From Owenia fusiformis (taxonomy: Eukaryota), in assembly GCA_903813345.2 (NCBI GenBank), contig CAIIXF020000001.1, forward strand, positions 6,510,001 to 6,574,000: a stretch of 64,000 nucleotides of DNA, in the 5' to 3' direction. Below are positions 52,387 to 64,000 of the stretch, piece after piece. Made by a program: the position numbers and the translations under genes. The notes below the pieces were generated by a model. That model made no database searches. It was not told where the DNA came from and was given only the letters and a program-made list of their open reading frames with translations. Each line of letters starts with the position of its first letter. Within the stretch, counting starts at the first letter, position 1.

Positions 52387-55300
52387 CTAATGGTGGAAAA
52401 GACGAATAGTGGTGTGGGCCATTGCAATCTTGTGATCATCACATGCATCAATAACTGCCTGATCATTGGTCGATCCAGCTGGCGAAGCGATAAACTCAAC
52501 GCCACTCTGAAACAGAGGCACATACAAAATTGTTCACATACATCCTAAATGAAGAGCTGTTATTTGGGAAAGGAGTTTAAAAGTGATGACAATTCATATT
52601 CAATTTCAGACAAACTTCATTTATCTATCCACTGATTGATGGCCATAAACAATATTTGGGGTTTGAAAATAGAAGGGAAATTAATGCACTAAGTGACTCC
52701 ACATACAAGATTATATTTTTTAGAAGTACATGTAGTATAGGCCCAATGAGCAAGGGGAAACACAGTGACCTGAGACAAGACTACATCTTATATAAAGACA
52801 AATTATTTCTGTACCTGTTGGGCCCTATCAATGTTGTCACGGAATGGGAAGAAGGCATCGGAGCTCAGCGCAACGCCTTTCAGTTGGGACAACCATTCAG
52901 ATCTCTCAGTCTGGAATACATATTCGAACATTGAAAACAGTTTGGTGCTACATATGCAACATATATCACACCATTATCAGCTTTTTCAATTTATAAATCA
53001 ACAAAAGATGTGAATGTAGGTACACACTCTCTCCCTCTCTGACAGCCTTTTACATGTTTGGGGAATTTTGTATATTCTGATAAAGGTTACTCACCTCTGT
53101 AAGTTTGGAAGGAGGGTTTTCAAGCATGCTTTCCCAGGTGGCAGTATCCATATCCTATAAAGCAATCATAAAAATGAAAGAGTCAATCAATGAAAAAACA
53201 ATCGACTTATCAATCAAGCAATCAATTCAATTATAAAAATATTAAATATAAGGAAACATCTTTCTGATTGTACACACTTTTATAACTTTCTACTGTATTT
53301 AATCTATCTGTTTTATTATCAGATGTTATATTAAGTGTATCTTTGCAACGGTACAGCCCGTAGCCAGGGGGGTTCGCAGGGTTCGGCCGAACCCACCCCC
53401 CTGACCAAAAATTCTTTCAAAATCATGCAGTTTTCACCATTTTGAGCACTTCTCAAGTGATTTTAGCCATATTTTGGCCAAAAATTGTCAAATGTGAACC
53501 CCCCTGGAAATTTTTGAAAACTGGACCCCCCTTGGCAAATCCTGGCTACAGGCCTGATGTATATTAAACTATATTGATCTACCTGACCCACTGTTCCATT
53601 GACATACACATCAATAACATTGGACATCTCAGCACGCTTAACTCCCTTCTTGAACTCCATAGCTTTAACCTTAGGGTGCTGCCTCAACCACCTAGACAGG
53701 GAGAATGACAGATTGTAGACATATTTCTTTTGACATGTCAGTTTATTGCTCATGAACACATGTAATATACATACATGTATACTGAATATGGTTAGGTATT
53801 TATCTATATGGAAGGCACAGTGAAAAGATTGGCACAATTTACAATTTTGCATTTATTAATTTGATTCCATATCCAGGGATTTAGTAATATTATAAAGGTG
53901 CAATTATGGAAGATCCAAGATATAGTACATGAGACCAACCATTTTTTAGCTTTATGGAATTTAGTAATAAAAACGTAATGGTTGGATATAATAACAAGTA
54001 GGAACCAACCAGTTGTTAGCTTTATCTCCTGCTAAGCGTACACAGTGAATCCTTGACTGCTGACCTGCCCCGATGCCAATCACCTGACCATCTCTAGCAT
54101 AACACACAGAGTTGGACTGGGTGTACTTCAGAGCAATGGTGGCCACAACAAGGTCCCTCAGAGCAGATTCTGGTAGCTGAAACATACAGAACACTTATAA
54201 AGAACACTTATACAGAACACTTGTTTTTCAGTTACAATCTACTTTTATTGAACATAATAATATCAATGACAGTTAATTCTAGGGTGAAGCAAATTTTACT
54301 GAAACCATTTTACTCAAACCAATCGCTCACTAAATGCCTGTTCTAAAAATTCTTACTTTATTAATAATTAATTATTTGTAAGGTTGCCTGGCAATAATTT
54401 TGAATATCGGACATTCAACCTTTTTAATTCTAATGAATCTAGATATTTCTCCATTAAATTCATATTTGATGCATCTTTTACAGATCTACATGTACAGTAT
54501 TCTTCTTTGCTGCCTTTAAATTGAAGCTATTATTTCAATTTACAATGAACTTTAATCAATAATTAGGTCATAACTAAATCAGCTTTGATGAGTTTTTTTC
54601 ATACCTCATTTCGCTTTGTTACAACATTGGTGAATATTTCTGGATTGATCACTGCATCATTGTGTTTCTGTTGCATGTTTAGACCAAATAATGTCCTTGT
54701 CTCCATCTCAGGGGGCTCATAGCTGGTGTCCATCTAAGGGGTAATATAATTCATTATGTATATCATTGAAATTATGCTCAATGACTGAAAGCTGCAACAA
54801 TGTGATTTAGTTCATGGACCACTTATTTGTTTAAGTGACAGCAACAACATAACAAAATAGTATAATAAAAAATTGTGCCAACATGGATTGAAAACAATGG
54901 CTGAGACAATTTTGAAGATTCTCAAAATATCCTAAGGCCTGAATTCAGCTTAAGGTGAACATACCTGTAGAACACAGTATTTTCCTCCCTTCTTCTTCTT
55001 AAGAATTGCCAATGCTTCTTCACCATAACTTGGGGCTATGATTCCATCTGACACCTGCATACAAAAATGTAACTGTCTGTCAAATGCTATACCTGTTGCT
55101 GTATCAGTTTAAAGGATTATAATATATGGTGTTGGTGAAATTTGAAATAAAATGAAATTAACTGAAGTGAACAGAAAATTCACTGATTTACTAATATTCA
55201 AGACAAGAGGCTAATGTCATCATTTTACACATTTTTCGTCTTCTGCCATGGTATGATCATAAAATATTCTCAACGGATCTGAAAGAAAATTTGGTATGTG

Positions 55301-58300
55301 TTGTTTATAGCAGTAGCAGATATTGTATGCTGGGGTTGTAAATAGTATGTACATGTACAACATTGACACTAATTTCCTTACCTCACGGGATATAATCCTC
55401 GCTGTTGGCACATCACATTCATCAGATAAAGCGACAAAATCTCCAAAAGACGACATCCTATCTGCTCCCCTTGCCCTTGCATATGCTATAGCTTGTGGGG
55501 TGAGGATCTCTAGCAGGTCATCCACCATACACAGCTTGGCCTGTTCTGTACTGAGGGGGAAGCCTACAGCAGCACCTGGCAGCACATAGAACACAATGTT
55601 AAATATTCTTCCCTGGCCTTTCTCCTTTTCTATCAAGTTCTTTGGATCTTAAAGATGAATGTTTAGTGAGCGCAACAAATACAATACGAGTGTTGCTGTA
55701 ACACTGTGAGTGATTCTAAAACACTACTGGTCAAGCATTGTTTGATAATAAGTGACCTACCTGCAGGGCTAACATGCTTGAATGATGTAGCAGCTGGTAA
55801 TCCAAGAGCTTGCTTCAGTTCTCTAACAAGCTGCCAGCCATTCAGGGCATCACATAGATTGATGAACCCAGGTGACCCATTCAACACTGAAATGTTCACA
55901 AACACATATAGAATCAATATAAATCCACACATGTATCTACAGAACGTCTTTCCCAGCTGTTTTAAAATCTCACTCCTGGTCCTTATCTCTCAAAGGAGCT
56001 TATTTACTGTCAGCAAGTTACTTTTATAACGCAGGAGCACACTTTCCTTGATGCTGTAGAAATACCTCATTTAGTAGTTCAAATATCAACTTTATATGCT
56101 AAATGAACTATTTCAAGTTATACAGAATACATTACCTGTAACAGGGAGCTTGGGTTGGGTAGTGTAGAGCTGGGCAGGCTTCTGGTGTGGGTTCATGCCA
56201 TACCTCAGAGGGAGCTGGGACACACCCTCACTGTATTCCCTTCTGAAGTAATCTGATATTGCTCCGTCATACTCAGCTGTGTGGTTGAATGCCTAGCAAA
56301 GAATCCATTGATGTACATGTAATTTGTAAGGCAAAACATTTACAGTATAATATTTCTTTGAGATAACTTGCATCTTTTTTCGGAGGAATCTAAATCCAAA
56401 TAGCACTCTCTCAACAGACTTCACGCTAGACTCACAATAAAATGTTTTCTTTTAAAAACAGTTTCTCCTCAAATTGCATATTTTCTCTTGTTTGTTGTCC
56501 AAGATATGAAAAACAAAAATCAACACAACCATAATACAGGACAAGATTTCCATATGGATATTTCAAACAAATTTTCTTTAGATACCAGAGACGTTCTCTC
56601 TGGAATGCTGTGGATGACTTGATAAAACAATCTAATAACATATTGAATTTCAATAAATCATACAACATCAATTTCTCATAAAATATGAATGTTTGAATTA
56701 TTTACTGTAGCTCAAATACTTAGTATGAATCTCTCTTTCTTAGACCTATCACCACTTAAAATAATATATCATACAATTCTGTTGATCATTGAATCTTCAC
56801 TTTTACTTGAACTGAATGAGTATGTCTACAGTACCTTAACTGCTAGTGTTTTCCTGGTGTCCACTGATGTATCTTTAGCATCAGAACTCTCCATCTCATC
56901 ACAAATGTTGTCGTAATCATTAGGGTCACAAACCACTGTAACTCTTGCATGATTCTTAGCAGCTGCTCTCAGTAATGTCACACCACCTTAAATTGAATAA
57001 GTGTAGTGAGAACAGGTTTATTTAATGTTGCATTTAAAGGAGGGCATATTACCACATTACCTCTTCCATCCACCACTTTCGTTTTGTGCGAATTTTCATT
57101 CATCAATTATCTAAATGCTACATATACATGTATGTACTATCAAAGTGCTGTTTTAGTTTCAATAAACACATTCTTTACATCCCTTTTATCTTGATGAATA
57201 AAAAGTCATAATGTCTTTTAAAGTTTATTCTTTCATAAATAAAAGTATCAAATTTGGTTCACCCTGTTAAAAGTCCCTCCAGACACTTGCACTTTCTTAC
57301 CAGTCCACAGTGAACAATTTTGACAAAGACATTTAAATAATGAAAAATGTATTTTATCAAAGAGCAATAATATAAAGGTAACAAGCCAATAACTTCTTAA
57401 AATTTCATATATGAAATTTGAATCTGTCCACTAGTATTTGAGTTATCAAAGTTTATATATCTACAGAAAATAGTAGCCAATTTGAATTGAGTGGCCATAT
57501 TGAAAATTTCTTCTCAAACAAAAGTCCTTTTTAATTGCTTATATGGCGTACTTTGCGAACTATTTTTCACCATGTTTTATAAATATTGAATAAAGTAGAA
57601 TAAAAGTGAACATTTCTTACTGGAGTAAACTACTATTGGCGGTTAACCATTAACCATCGAGAGCCCAAATAAATCACCATTATCAAACTATAAAACCTGT
57701 TTTGTAACTTGAAGTTCTCAGAAGTTCTAAGGAGCGAGACAACAGCGAACGGATTGAATCATATTTTCCAGTTACCATGGATTCATTTCATAAATTGAGT
57801 CTTGAGGAAAAGGCTGATGCTCAGAAGCCAAAGAAGCCAATCAATGTTTTCAGTATTGATCTACAGAGTGTAGCTACTGGGAAAAAATGTAATGATAGAT
57901 CACCAGCATACATCTGTGTAATTGGAGAAGATAACAGTACGATCTATGAAACATTCATCAAACCAGATCGCAGAGTTGTGTCATACACTGAACCCTATAC
58001 AGGAATAAAGTCTTCAGACCTAGATGATGCCCCAACAATGTCAGAAGTCACAGCAAAGCTCAAGGCATACTTTGGAAATCATCCAACCATAGTCGGGCAA
58101 GATAACAACTTTGGTCATACAATAGAGCTGATGACATCATTGGGATTTGAAAAGGAGAAAGATTACAAGTATATCGCCATATCTGAATGGTTCAAGTTGT
58201 ACCAGGGAAGCAGAGGTGGTAAATATCCATATCTCTACTTCACTCTAGATGTACAACTGAGGGCCTTACTTAGTGAGTTTAATGTTCATCTCTTGTACTT

Positions 58301-60018
58301 TAACCCTCAAAGGAAAGCTGGTCAATATATAAAAAATGAAAATGAAGACTCGGGACTGGAAATTCCATACTGGTAGTGAATCGCGAAAGTGAAAGAATTA
58401 CATTTTATCAAAGTAAAGATGGTCTGCCAGTGTTCTCCACAAAATTTTAAAGAGGGTGCAAAATTCTCATTTTGAAAATTCAGAAAAAATTGGGTTTAAT
58501 ATGCCAATTTGATTTTTCATTAGTGGGTGCAATTGGATTTTCAAGTTTGTGCAAGCCTGTGTTCAAAATCTCACATGGGTTATGATTAGGTGATACTGTT
58601 AGTGGCAAATCTATTAATTTAGCTTGTGAAAATAACATTATTGTATGGTTTAATGGTAAATGATTTTTTGAAAAAAATGAAATCTCTTCCATAGACTTCA
58701 CGCAAATGGATATTAAGTAAAAACAAACAAGTCAAGCGACAGTAGCCACGAAACAAAGAAGTCCTTTCAGGGTCCCACTTTAATCCAAGATTCACAGTGT
58801 ATCTCAATATTTAACTAATGATTTGATATAATATACAAAACATTTTTAAAATGAAACTGAAACTGAAAAATAATACTCCAATAATATTGTCACACTTTTC
58901 CATCAGAAAATGCCATTGGAGAATCTGCTCAAATATTATTGTACATTCAATTTTCAGACAAACCATTGAGCAGGGGTCTTGGTTCCAAAGGAAGGGCTTA
59001 CATGAATCTTTACAATGCCTACAAAGATAAAGATGTCACCGATTTTGAAAGTGCCAAGCAGAAATGTTATTCTATGCGTGGATATCTGAGAAAAGGACAT
59101 AAGGAGGTTCCATTCTCTGAATTACATCCAACATACGAGGGTGTTTGTCAGGGGCGTATTCCACCAGGTCAGAGGACTGCCACATGTCCATGTGGGACTC
59201 GAAAGTGGTAACAAATACAACAGCTGCTCAAGAGACATTTGAATAAGACATTAGATCAAACATAGTCAAACTTTGACAAACTTTATTGCAAAGTCCAATT
59301 TAGAATTAGAAGCATTGAAAAAGGTGGACAACTTCTCCAGTCAACCAGACTGAAGTGATAATGCAATTGGTTTTACATTTACACCAGTCACTGAACGAAA
59401 ATGCAACACCGATGAATACATCTCATTGAATACGCCTGGCATCACACAACAAGTAGAAATCAGCTTCAAGAATGTTATTTTGTAGAAAATTCAACGAAGA
59501 GGTGACACTCAGAAGATGGTAAACTTGTGATGAGTTTTATTTCATATATTGCACATAATGTATTTCCAAAAATAACTTGATATTGATCTATCTTAATGCA
59601 ATAAATGGCTTGCCAAAAATACCACTGTGTGTGATTTTTTACAAAATTAATTATGTGGGGTGAGAAAAACCCAGGACATGGGTTGGATGACAATGCGCAA
59701 TGTTTCAAGAAATAAAGACATCAATATTTTGAACCAGTCAATAGAATTCCATTTTAAAGGTGTTCCATTTACAAAGGTTTACGTTACATTTAATAAAAAA
59801 CAAGATCAGAATGTTGTCATTAATGAAGAAAATGGGACCAGTTTCTACATCCAAGTACTTACCAATATCTATCTGTTCCACTGCATCGTCCACCTTTACA
59901 TCTTTAGCTGAGATGGTCTTAACAAATGGGTACAAGTTGCAGGCCACTACTCTGATATACTGGTGCCCTTGCTTCTCCATGTCAGCCTTGTCTGAGTCAA
60001 TCATCCTGGCTAGAATCC
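52387..60018 (-). CDS. ATIC: Bifunctional AICAR transformylase/IMP cyclohydrolase (PurH), 3' 12 exons; 5' exons not found and presumably beyond the window end
   Basis: Exons on the minus strand: 60018-59863, 56986-56835, 56292-56136, 55886-55761, 55575-55382, 55054-54965, 54733-54605, 54176-54010, 53691-53583, 53154-53095, 52910-52815, 52506-52387; all phases fit. Motifs [81 protein letters not shown]. Confidence 0.97.
53354..53556 (-). mobile_element. MITE of the CAGGCCCGTAGCCAGG family, copy 3 (inverted)
   Basis: Near reverse complement of 31134-31339 along its length; lies 27 bp from an ATIC exon. Confidence 0.85.
57777..59211 (+). CDS. DEDDh 3'-5' exonuclease-fold protein (REXO4/ISG20-like), probably catalytically degenerate, nested antisense in an ATIC intron; 249 aa
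   Basis: Exons 57777-58272 (donor A|GTGAGT) and 58958-59211 (acceptor TTTTCAG), phase 1, 750 nt. Motifs [48 protein letters not shown], and C-terminal YEGVCQG...CPCG. Confidence 0.85.
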
Positions 60019-60705
60019 CTAAATGAACAATTTTGATCAATGAGATGACAGTTGATAGTAGATTTTAGATACTAATCTTGAACTAGCTTGATGATACTCA
60101 TTATTTTTATTTATATTCAGTAAGTAAAGCAACAGTATATTAAGTGATCTTCCAAGCATTCTACCATGTTACATATTCAATGAGGTCACTGAGAAAGCAT
60201 TGCGCACGCAACAGACGTTTGAAATATCAGTGTGTTGCAGACACGCGAATAGAACAGACGTATCGCCTTTGGTGCGATATATACGGTTAGTGAATTAAAA
60301 GTTTTTCATTAAACCTTCACTTATTATTGATCAGTATTCTGTTGGGAAGCAAAAGAGTATAATTACAATTTTGTTATCTATGATGCTGATTATTTTCATC
60401 ATTTTGACACGGTCAATTTGATTTTTCATTTTCTTTGTTCTTCCTTTGTTTAAAAAGGCGGGAGAAACAGTCAATAAATATTGACTCACCCTTTAATGCC
60501 TTCATGCATACGTTTTTCTACCACACTGCGTGGAATTAAAACGTCCTTTGACCATTCAACTGTTCAAAAACAGTTATTTATACGTGCTGTCGCATGATTG
60601 TACAATTCTGAGTACAAAAACATACCACGTGCAATATCATTGACACGTTCAACTGCTCAATAGCAATCAGTTCATGCGTTCAGAGTTAGTGCATGTATAA
60701 ATCGT

Positions 60706-62946
60706 ATGCAATCGAACATGTCACAAGCATTAAGGTCTAAACCTTCCTTTCAAGAAGATTTGGACAGTGGAACAAAGACAAAATCTTCAAAGAAGTCCAG
60801 CTCTGTAAAAGCTAAAAGTTCCGACAAGTCGGTCATTATGAAGTCGCCAAGCTTGACATCAGAAGCCACTGCCTCTTCAATGGGAAGTGAGCCTTGTAAA
60901 TCCACGAACAATGAATCTGGTATCCCCGTGAGCTTTGTACAGGATATTACAAATGCTATTAGCACGGGATTGGGATGTATCAAAGATACAGGGTGTCCAA
61001 AAAAAAGCAGGACCGTAAGAAAGTTGAATAACTCAGTCAATTTTGCATATTTTGTCTTGAAATTTCAGAATTATTTAGTTCATTCGATGTGAATTTTGTT
61101 GTGAAAGTTTGACAATAATCTGCCAATTGAGTCAAAAATTATAGCTCCTTACAAAACATGCCCTAAATGTGCACCTCTCCTCTCTATGCACAATTTAATC
61201 CTGCGATCAAAGTTGTTGATGATCCTCCTACACACATGTCTTTCTGAATGGACAAGTTTGTTTCAAGAACAATTGCTACTTAGGCTTACTTTCCTCCTGA
61301 TGAAGTGTTACAGCATCCATTGCATTCTGAGCAATGCACTGCCTAGGTGGCAATGAGGAAACATGGAATCATCAGTCCTTTTTTGTTCGAGGGTGACTGG
61401 GGACATGCTATCACCATGAACAAGGACCAGTTAGTTCTCACTTAGTTTTTTGGAGGTCACTAAGCACCAGAAGGGACATCTTAGGAGATAAGCAGTGGTT
61501 TCAACAAGCCAATACCACCCCAAAACTGCAAATGATATGCTGAAATGGTCTAGGCAATGATTTGGTGGTCAGCTCATCAGTTGCAGAACGCAAACCATAT
61601 GGGCAGCTCATTCCCCAGATCTAAATCCCCCAAATTTTTATCTTTGGGGATTTCTCAAGCCCAATGTGTATACAGACAGGCCCCTAACAATCTTAAGAGG
61701 GCAATAACTACCCCAATATTTACCATCCACATTGATATGTATAGGTCAGGGTCATTAACAACTTTCTTAGCAGGAATCGTTTGTGCATAGAGAGGAGAAG
61801 TGCCCACTTTGACCATGTTTTGTAAAGAACTGTAGTTTTTGACACAATGGACAGATTATCATGAAACTTTCAGAACAAAATTCACATTGAATGAACTAAA
61901 TAATTTTAAAATTTCAAGGCAAAATATATAAAATTGACCGAATTATTCAACTTTCTTATGGTCCTGTTTTTTTTTGGACACCCTGTACTATGGTCGAAGC
62001 TTTAGGTGATATAAAGCAATCTTTGAAAACCGACTACCAAGCTGGTCAATATGATGATTATGGTGATATTCCTGATCAAGAGGATGAGGATCCTGACATC
62101 CTTGAACCACCTGCTAAAAAGCAGAAAACTTCCTCGTCCGAATCGACTGAAGTTTTTTCTTCCCTTATGAATAAACTTCGATCTAAGACCAAGTTACAAG
62201 ACGATAATGGACCTCCTTTATCTGAAGCTATGGCTGAAATCGTCACAGAACTAATCCAGGCGAAGCCAGAGGATGACGATATCGTATCTAAATTAGATGG
62301 TCACAAGACGCCTGAAAACGTTCCATTATTGTGCACTACAAAGGTCAATGAACCTATTTGGACTCGGGTCTCAGCCGAAGTTCGCTCTAATGATATTAAA
62401 TATCAAAAAGTGCAAACTCCCCTTGTGAAGGGTATAATTGCTTCTTCACGTGCATTGGAAGCACTGGATAATCTCAAAGAGACTCTTAGCAAAGAATCCG
62501 ATGCTTATGATGATGTGCTTACGACCATCGCGGAATTAGTGTACGAAAATATGCTATTCAGCAGTTATGCAAACTTGAAACTTAACATGCGTAGACGTGA
62601 ACTTTTCAAAAATGAAATTAATCAAAGTTTCAAGCATTTGTGCGCCAAATCTGTGCCAATTACCCAGTTTCTCTTTGGAGACGACATCTCTAAACAGGTG
62701 AAAGAGATAGCAGAAATGAATAAAACGCAACTGCGAGGCGTTTTTCCGTCTTCCACTCGGGGTAATCGAGGAAGGGGACGTGGTTACGGTGGACGTGGTC
62801 GTGGAAACAATTCCAACAACCATTTTTTAGGCCAGGGCTACGGCAGAAACAACCACCAGCGGAACTCTACCCGATATCCCAACAAGAGAGGGAGAGGGGC
62901 CAAGAGCAAATCCAGCAATGCCAGCGAGAAAACCACCAATCAATAG
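60706..62946 (+). CDS. DIRS ORF1 (gag-like), 413 aa after removal of the inserted Tc1/mariner element
   Basis: 60706-60988 joined to 61988-62946 is in frame (AAA GAT A|CT ATG). Contains PENVPLLCTTKVNEPIW, RRRELFK, QFLFGDD and an RG-rich tail. Confidence 0.8.
60989..61985 (+). mobile_element. Non-autonomous Tc1/mariner element inserted in DIRS ORF1
   Basis: CAGGGTGTCCAAAA...TTTTGGACACCCTG, imperfect TIRs of ~205 bp, TA TSD (60987-88, 61986-87). The interior has decayed transposase motifs WFQQ and PDLNP..FYLWG. Confidence 0.92.
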
Positions 62947-64000
62947 GTCATGTTGACACTATTACAATAGACACTGCACCTGAAAAGGTAAGACAAACAC
63001 TTAAAAGCTCTGTCAATTATTTTCAAGGTGGTCGACTTAAAATGTTCTTGCATGAATGGGAACGTATAACATCAGATCAGTCTATATTAGATGCTATCAG
63101 TGGTTACACGATTGAATTTTGTGATGATGATATTCAACGAATGCAATGGCCATGTAACACAAATTACTCAAGGTCAGATCATGAAAGCATGGATCTAGAA
63201 ATTGCCAAATTTGCAAAAAAGGGTATCATTGTACCAATTGATGATTCTAAAAAAGGTCACGTGTCACCTATTTTCCTGCTACCCAAAAAAGACGGGTCAA
63301 AAAGAATGATTTTAAACTTATCTGATATAAATCAGAGTGTAGAATATCATCATTTCAAGATGGAAAATCTTCAACATGCCCTCAACATCGTGTCACCTAA
63401 TATGTACATGAGTTGTGTCGACATTAAAGACGCTTACTATAGTGTGCCAATTCCTACTGATTCTCAAAGATTTCTGCAATTTGAATGGAAGGGCCAACTA
63501 TATCAATACACTTGTCTAGCTCAAGGGTTATCTTCGGCCCCCAGACTATATACTAAAATTATGAAACCTGTTTTTGCTAAATTGCGAAATGAAGGCCATC
63601 TATCGGTAGCATATATTGACGATTGCTGTCTTTTTGCAGAAACCTCTGAGCAGTGTAAGCAGAACACCTATGACACAATCAATTTGCTCAGAACACTTGG
63701 CTTCATAGTTCATCCAGAAAAGGTTATCTTGACACCAACACAGGTAATAACTTTTCTTGGTTTCGAACTTAACAGTATCAATATGACTGTAAAACTTCCC
63801 TGTGATAAAGCACAAGTTGTGAAATCTATGTGTAAATCATTATTGTCTCGTAGCAACTGCACAATCAGGGATGTAGCACAAATCATTGGTAAATTAGTAT
63901 CATCTCTACCAGGTGTTCAATATGGCCAGCTTCATTATAGAAATCTTGAAAGAAATAAAACAAAGGCTTTATCTATCAATGAAGGCAACTTTGATGCATG
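62766..64000 (+). CDS. DIRS ORF2 reverse transcriptase, open to the window end
   Basis: Uninterrupted frame from the stop at 62763-65 to 64000, in the -1 frame relative to ORF1; first ATG at 63042; YIDD at ~63612. Absent from the ORF track because it has no stop within the window. Confidence 0.9.

Larger units (their letters stand above)
60100..64000 (+). mobile_element. DIRS1-type tyrosine-recombinase retrotransposon (5' part) in an ATIC intron, antisense to the host
   Basis: Gag-like ORF1 overlapping an RT ORF with GGRL...W..IT.D, SPIFLLPKKDGSKRMILNL, HFKME, DIKDAYYSVPI, QGLSSAPRLYTK, YIDD, LGFIVHPEK and TFLGF, which is DIRS-clade RT. The left boundary is approximate; the recombinase would lie beyond the window. 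Confidence 0.88.

Noticed and set aside
55323-60026. Plus-strand ORFs 55323..55589, 55706..56029, 56689..56916 and 59760..60026
   Set aside because: They are antisense shadows of ATIC exons.

Overview
AT-rich, intron-containing animal genomic DNA; the repeat content suggests a marine invertebrate such as a lophotrochozoan (inference). No prokaryotic features or CRISPR arrays were found. I rebuilt six spliced genes by hand with consistent GT-AG splice phases: (1) the 3' end of a DNase I-family gene with an extra ~140-aa C-terminal exon (+, 74-2034); (2) ING5/ING4 (-, 4347-16823, 246 aa); (3) HINT3, head-to-head with ING5 (+, 18888-22046); (4) a secreted signal peptide-CUB-Ly6/three-finger protein (+, 31761-46867, 284 aa); (5) the 3' 12 exons of ATIC/purH (-, 52387-60018); (6) a two-exon DEDDh (REXO4/ISG20-like) exonuclease homolog nested antisense in an ATIC intron, apparently lacking most catalytic residues (+, 57777-59211). 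Mobile DNA is abundant. It includes a 5.4-kb Academ-type element with ~2-kb inverted arms and a nested hAT MITE, and a DIRS1-type retrotransposon whose ORF1 is split by a Tc1/mariner element and whose RT ORF appears to need a -1 frameshift at an in-phase U_UUU_UUA. There are also several mariner, hAT, Sola, Kolobok, Crypton and Helentron derivatives and a 34-bp P-element-like excision footprint. Family assignments come from recalled motifs, not from database searches.
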